Assembly (NCBI GenBank): GCA_030390025.1
Contig: JASTWF010000033.1
Coordinates: 3,784,001-3,848,000 of the forward strand
DNA: 64,000 bases
Direction: 5' to 3'
Source of the DNA: Squalus acanthias
Lineage: Eukaryota
Shown: one piece after another, positions 60,345 to 64,000 of the stretch
Layout: every line of letters begins with the position of its first letter
Numbering within the stretch: the stretch's first letter is position 1
Notes under the pieces: model-generated
Seen by the model: only the letters and a program-made list of their open reading frames with translations
The model's database searches: none
Told to the model about the DNA's origin: nothing
Position numbers and translations under genes: made by a program

Positions 60345-60565
60345 GCCTACCTGGTCGCTGCCGCCTTTTACCGCCGCCGCCTCGCCGCTGTTGCTCCACC
60401 CAGGTCCGCCGCCTCTGTGGGCCTACCTGGTCGCTGCCGCCTTTTACCGCCGCCGCCTCGCCGCTGTTGCTCCACCCAGGTCCGCCGCCTCTGTGGGCCT
60501 ACCTGGTCGCTGCCGCCTTTTACCGCCGCCGCCTCGCCGCTGTTGCTCCACCCAGGTCCGCCGCC
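60345..60565 (-). repeat. ~3 tandem 76-bp GC-rich monomers at the CR1 5' end
   Basis: GCCTACCTGGTCGCTGCCGCC recurs at 60345, 60421 and 60497. Confidence 0.92.
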
Positions 60566-61243
60566 AATTACTGATTAAGCACGGGAGTGCTTAGAAACAA
60601 ACGGAATTTAAAGATTGGCGGGAAAGATAGGGGTAGCAAGACTCCTATAAAGATAGATCCTTTCCCACCATATCTATCTCTCTCTGTCTCTCTCTCGCCC
60701 CAACAAGATCGACCTAACAAGAAGCAGTACCAGAGGAAGAAGCAGCTCAGTGGAGCGATCGAGACGGACTGTGTGTGGGGGTAAGCATGGTCTAGAGTGT
60801 CCCAAGCCGGTAACCAGAGGGCTCAGAGTTTTTCTCAAAAGTGAGGCTTTTGGGCTATTCTGAGGGTCGGAGCTTCCTTTGGTTCAGCCAGGGGAAAGGG
60901 CCTTATGCGACTGAGTAATTTGTTGGTAGGGGTGGAATGAAGTCCACCATAGCAACAAGGGAATTGCTGCTTGTCACAGTCCTCAGTTTTGTACTGTATG
61001 TATGTTGTTTGTAACCTGGATTTTATTCTCCACAGAGTCAGTAATTTCGTTTAGTAGTGCATGATTTAGCCAGTGTATGTTAGACCAAATAAATATAAGC
61101 CTGATTTTTCACTGAAACATTCCTGTCCGTGACTTATTTCATTTACACTTTGAATAATAATTCCCGAGTGCAGAACTTTCGTAAGGCGGGGGCGATTCGA
61201 ACCGTCCATCTAGCAATTGGGCTAGGATCAAAAACCACTTACA
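60566..61243 (+). repeat. Outer 3' LTR, second part
   Basis: Aligns to ~34889-35552; ends CACTTACA. Confidence 0.9.
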
Positions 61244-61246
61244 TAT

Positions 61247-62867
61247 GGAAATGGTGTTCGGGAAATTGATGGGATTGAAGGCCGATAAATCCCCAGGGCC
61301 TGATAAACTACATCATAGGGTATGTAAGGAAGTGGACCAAGAAATAGTCTATGCATTGCTGGACATCTTCCAAAATTCTATCGACTCTGGAACAGTTGCC
61401 ATGCATTGGAGGATAGCTAATGTAACCCCACTATTTAAAAAAGGTGGTCGAGAGAAAACAGGGAATTATAGCCCGGTAAGTCTGACATCGGTAGTGGAAA
61501 AAATGCTAGAGTCCATTATAAAAGATGTAACAGCAGAGCACTTGGAAAACAGTGACAGGATCGGACAAATTCAACATGGATTTACAAAAGGTAAATCATG
61601 CTTGACGAATCTACTAAAATTTGTTGAGGATGTAACTGGTAGAATAGATAAGGGAGAGCCAGTGGATGTGGTGTATTTTGACTTTCAGAAGGCTTTCGAT
61701 AAGGTCCCGCATAAGAGATTAGCGTGCAAATTTAAAGCACAAAGGATTGGGGGTAACGTACGGTCTTGGATAGAAAACTTGTTGGCAGACAGGAAGCAAA
61801 GAGTTGGAATAAACGGGTCTTTTTCCGAGTGGCAGGCAGGGACTAGTGGGGTACCGCAGGGATCGGTGCTAGGTCCCCAGCTATTCACAATATATATAAA
61901 TGATTTAGACGAGGGAACTATATGTAATATCTCCAAGTTTGTAGACGACATAAAGCTGGGTGGGTTTGTGTGCTTTGAGGAGGATGCAGATAAACTCCAG
62001 TATGATTTGGACTGGTTGGGTGATTGGGCAGATGCATGGCAAATGCAGTATAATGTGGATAAATGCGAGGTAATCCACTTCAGTGGCAAAAACAGGAAGG
62101 CAGATTATTTTCTGAACGGCAATAGATTGGTAAAAGGGGAAGTGCAACGAGACCTGGGTGTCCTTGTGCACCAGTCGCTGAAGGTAAGCATTTAGCTGCA
62201 GCAGGCGGTTAAGAAGGCAAATGGTATGTTGGCCTTCATAGCGAGACGATTCGAGTACAGGAACAAGGATGTCTTGCTGCAGTTGTACAGGGCCTTGGTG
62301 AGACCACACCTTGAGTTTTGTGTGTAGTCTTGTTCGCCTTATCTGAGGAAGGATGTTCTTGTCATGGAGAGAGTGCAGCGAAGCTTTACCAGACTGATAC
62401 CTGCGATGGCAGGAATGACATATGAGGAGAGATTGGCTCGATTAGGCTTATACTCGCTGGAGTTTAGAGAATGAGAGGGGATCTCATTGAAACTTATACA
62501 ATTCCAACAGGATTAGACAGACTAGATGCAGGAAGGATGTTCCCGATGGCGGAGGATTCCAGAACCAGGGGTCACAGACTAAGGATAAGATGTAAGCCAT
62601 TTAGGACTGAGATGAGGAGGAATTTCTTCACCCAGAGAGTGGTGAACCTGTGGAATTCTCTGCCATAGAAGGTAGTAGAAGTCAATTCATTAAATATATT
62701 CAAGAAGGAGCTAGATATATTTCATAAGGCTAAAGGAATCAAGGGATATGGGGAGAAGGCAGGGACCGGGTACTGAATTTGGATGATCAGCCATGATCTC
62801 ATTCAATGGCGGAGCAGGCTCGACGGGCCGAATGGCCTACTCCTGCTGCTATCCTCTTTGTTTCTAT
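61247..62867 (+). mobile_element. 5'-truncated CR1 (family A-like), degraded RT plus 3' end
   Basis: EMVFGKLMGLKADKSPGPD...FVDD...; several stops; 3' end with TTTCTATG. Confidence 0.92.
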
Positions 62868-63099
62868 GAACCAGTGAACATGGGGAGTAAGGGGAACACG
62901 GTAATTGTTTAGTTAGATATAGCGGACAGGACCATTATGGGGAACACAACAACTGTTTAAATAGAAATAGAGGACTTGGAAATTTAGCGGAACAGAGTAA
63001 CTGTTTATTTGGAAATAGAGAATGGGGAAGAAAGAGGAACAGGGCAACTTTCCAATTAGAAATAGAGGACAGAAATAGAGGTCTTCAAATATCCTAATA

Positions 63100-64000
63100 T
63101 ATACTGGGATAGAAATCTTGTAAAGGGCAGAGAGGGGAAGCAATTTCTGAAGTGTGTTCAGGAGACCTTTCTTGATTAGTATGTTTCCGGCCCAACGAGG
63201 AAGGGGAGATTGCTAAATCTGCTTCTGGGGGATGAGGTGGGTCAAGTGGAGCAATTTCTGTAGGGGAACATTTAGGGAACAGTGATCATAGAATCATAAG
63301 GTTTAGATTAGCTATTAAAAAAGGACAGGGAGCAATCTAGAATAAAAATAGTTATTTGGAGGAAGGCCAATTTCAGTGGTTTGAGAACTGATCTGGCCTG
63401 GGTAAATTGGAATCAAAGATTGGCAGGCAAAACTGCAATTGAACAAGGGGCTGCCTTTAAAGAGGAAATGGTTTGGGTACTGCCGAGGTACTTTCCCACA
63501 AGGGGGAACGGTAGGGCAACAAAAGCCAGAGCTCCCTGGATGATGAAAGAGATGGAGAATAAGATGAAGGAGGAAAAGGGGGAGTATGGCAGATGTCTGG
63601 TTGAGAATACAAGTGAGAACCAGGCTGAATATAGAAAGTTCAGAGTTGAAGTGAAAAAGGAAATAAGAGGGGAAAAGAGAGTAGGAAAATAGACTGACAG
63701 CTAACATAAAATGCAATCCAAAAGTCTTATATATGCATATAAATAATAAACGGGTACTAAGAGGAGGGGTAGGACCGTTTAGGGAGCAAAAGGGAGACCT
63801 ACGCATGGAAGCAGAGGGCATGGCTGAGGTACTAAATAGATACACTGCATCTGTCTTTACCAAGGAAGGAATGCTGCCAAAGTCATAATGAATGAGGAGT
63901 TAGATGAGATACTGGATGGGATAAAAATAGGTAAAGAGGAGGTAGTAGAATGGCTAGCAGTACTTAAAGTAGATAAGTCACCAGGACGGGATGGGATGCA
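63100..64000 (+). mobile_element. Old CR1 ORF2 fragment (endonuclease C-terminus to linker), runs off the window
   Basis: Remnants of GNSDH.IIRF, ANFSGLR.DL, APWM, SVFTKE and DKSPG.DGM; the start boundary is approximate. Confidence 0.75.

Larger units (their letters stand above)
55952..60565 (-). mobile_element. Full-length CR1 LINE (family B) with both ORFs intact, inserted in the outer 3' LTR
   Basis: 76-bp 5' monomers, ORF1 of 318 aa, ORF2 of 983 aa, 3' stem-loop region and (TTCTTATG)n tail. Confidence 0.97.
34528..61243 (+). mobile_element. Outer endogenous retrovirus-like provirus (lokiretrovirus-like), decayed, with four nested insertions
   Basis: LTR-PBS-gag-PR-RT-tether-RNaseH-IN-env-PPT-LTR order is reconstructable after removing the inserts. 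Confidence 0.88.

Noticed and set aside
7399..62309. Recurrent antisense ORFs (e.g. QGPVQLQQDIPVP, ITSHLSTLYCICH)
   Set aside because: Shadow frames of CR1 ORF2 that recur only because the LINE is repeated.

Overview
Repeat-dense vertebrate DNA, most consistent with a cartilaginous fish (shark/ray): CR1 LINEs with (TTTCTATG)n-type tails, a V-SINE/HE1-like SINE and a GPR139-like receptor exon. Layout: an 18-bp G-rich satellite (1-~6.8 kb); nested CR1s, a MITE-like remnant and one host exon (GPCR, 13001-13908); old CR1/L2 debris; a 12-kb 29-bp C-rich satellite carrying three co-amplified copies of one CR1 insertion; then a 27-kb nested retroviral cluster. The outer provirus (34528-61243) is old and decayed, with gag-PR-RT-tether-RNaseH-IN-env and three CR1 insertions, one of them a full-length CR1 with both ORFs intact. 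Its dual RNase H and F-like Env suggest a lokiretrovirus-type lineage. A very young relative (37054-46280; about 5 LTR differences in 1612 bp; TGCG target duplication) sits in its Gag zinc knuckle. The most novel signal is that this young element keeps gag and env, but its whole enzymatic pol is replaced in frame, behind a UGA-CUAG readthrough-type stop, by a ~373-codon non-enzymatic ORF. That ORF comprises a pol N-terminal stub, a duplicated Gag-like coiled coil, an acidic/Pro-rich region and an integrase-tail remnant. The Env of both elements carries an immunoglobulin-like domain ahead of a class I fusion module. All calls are by eye; no database searches were run.
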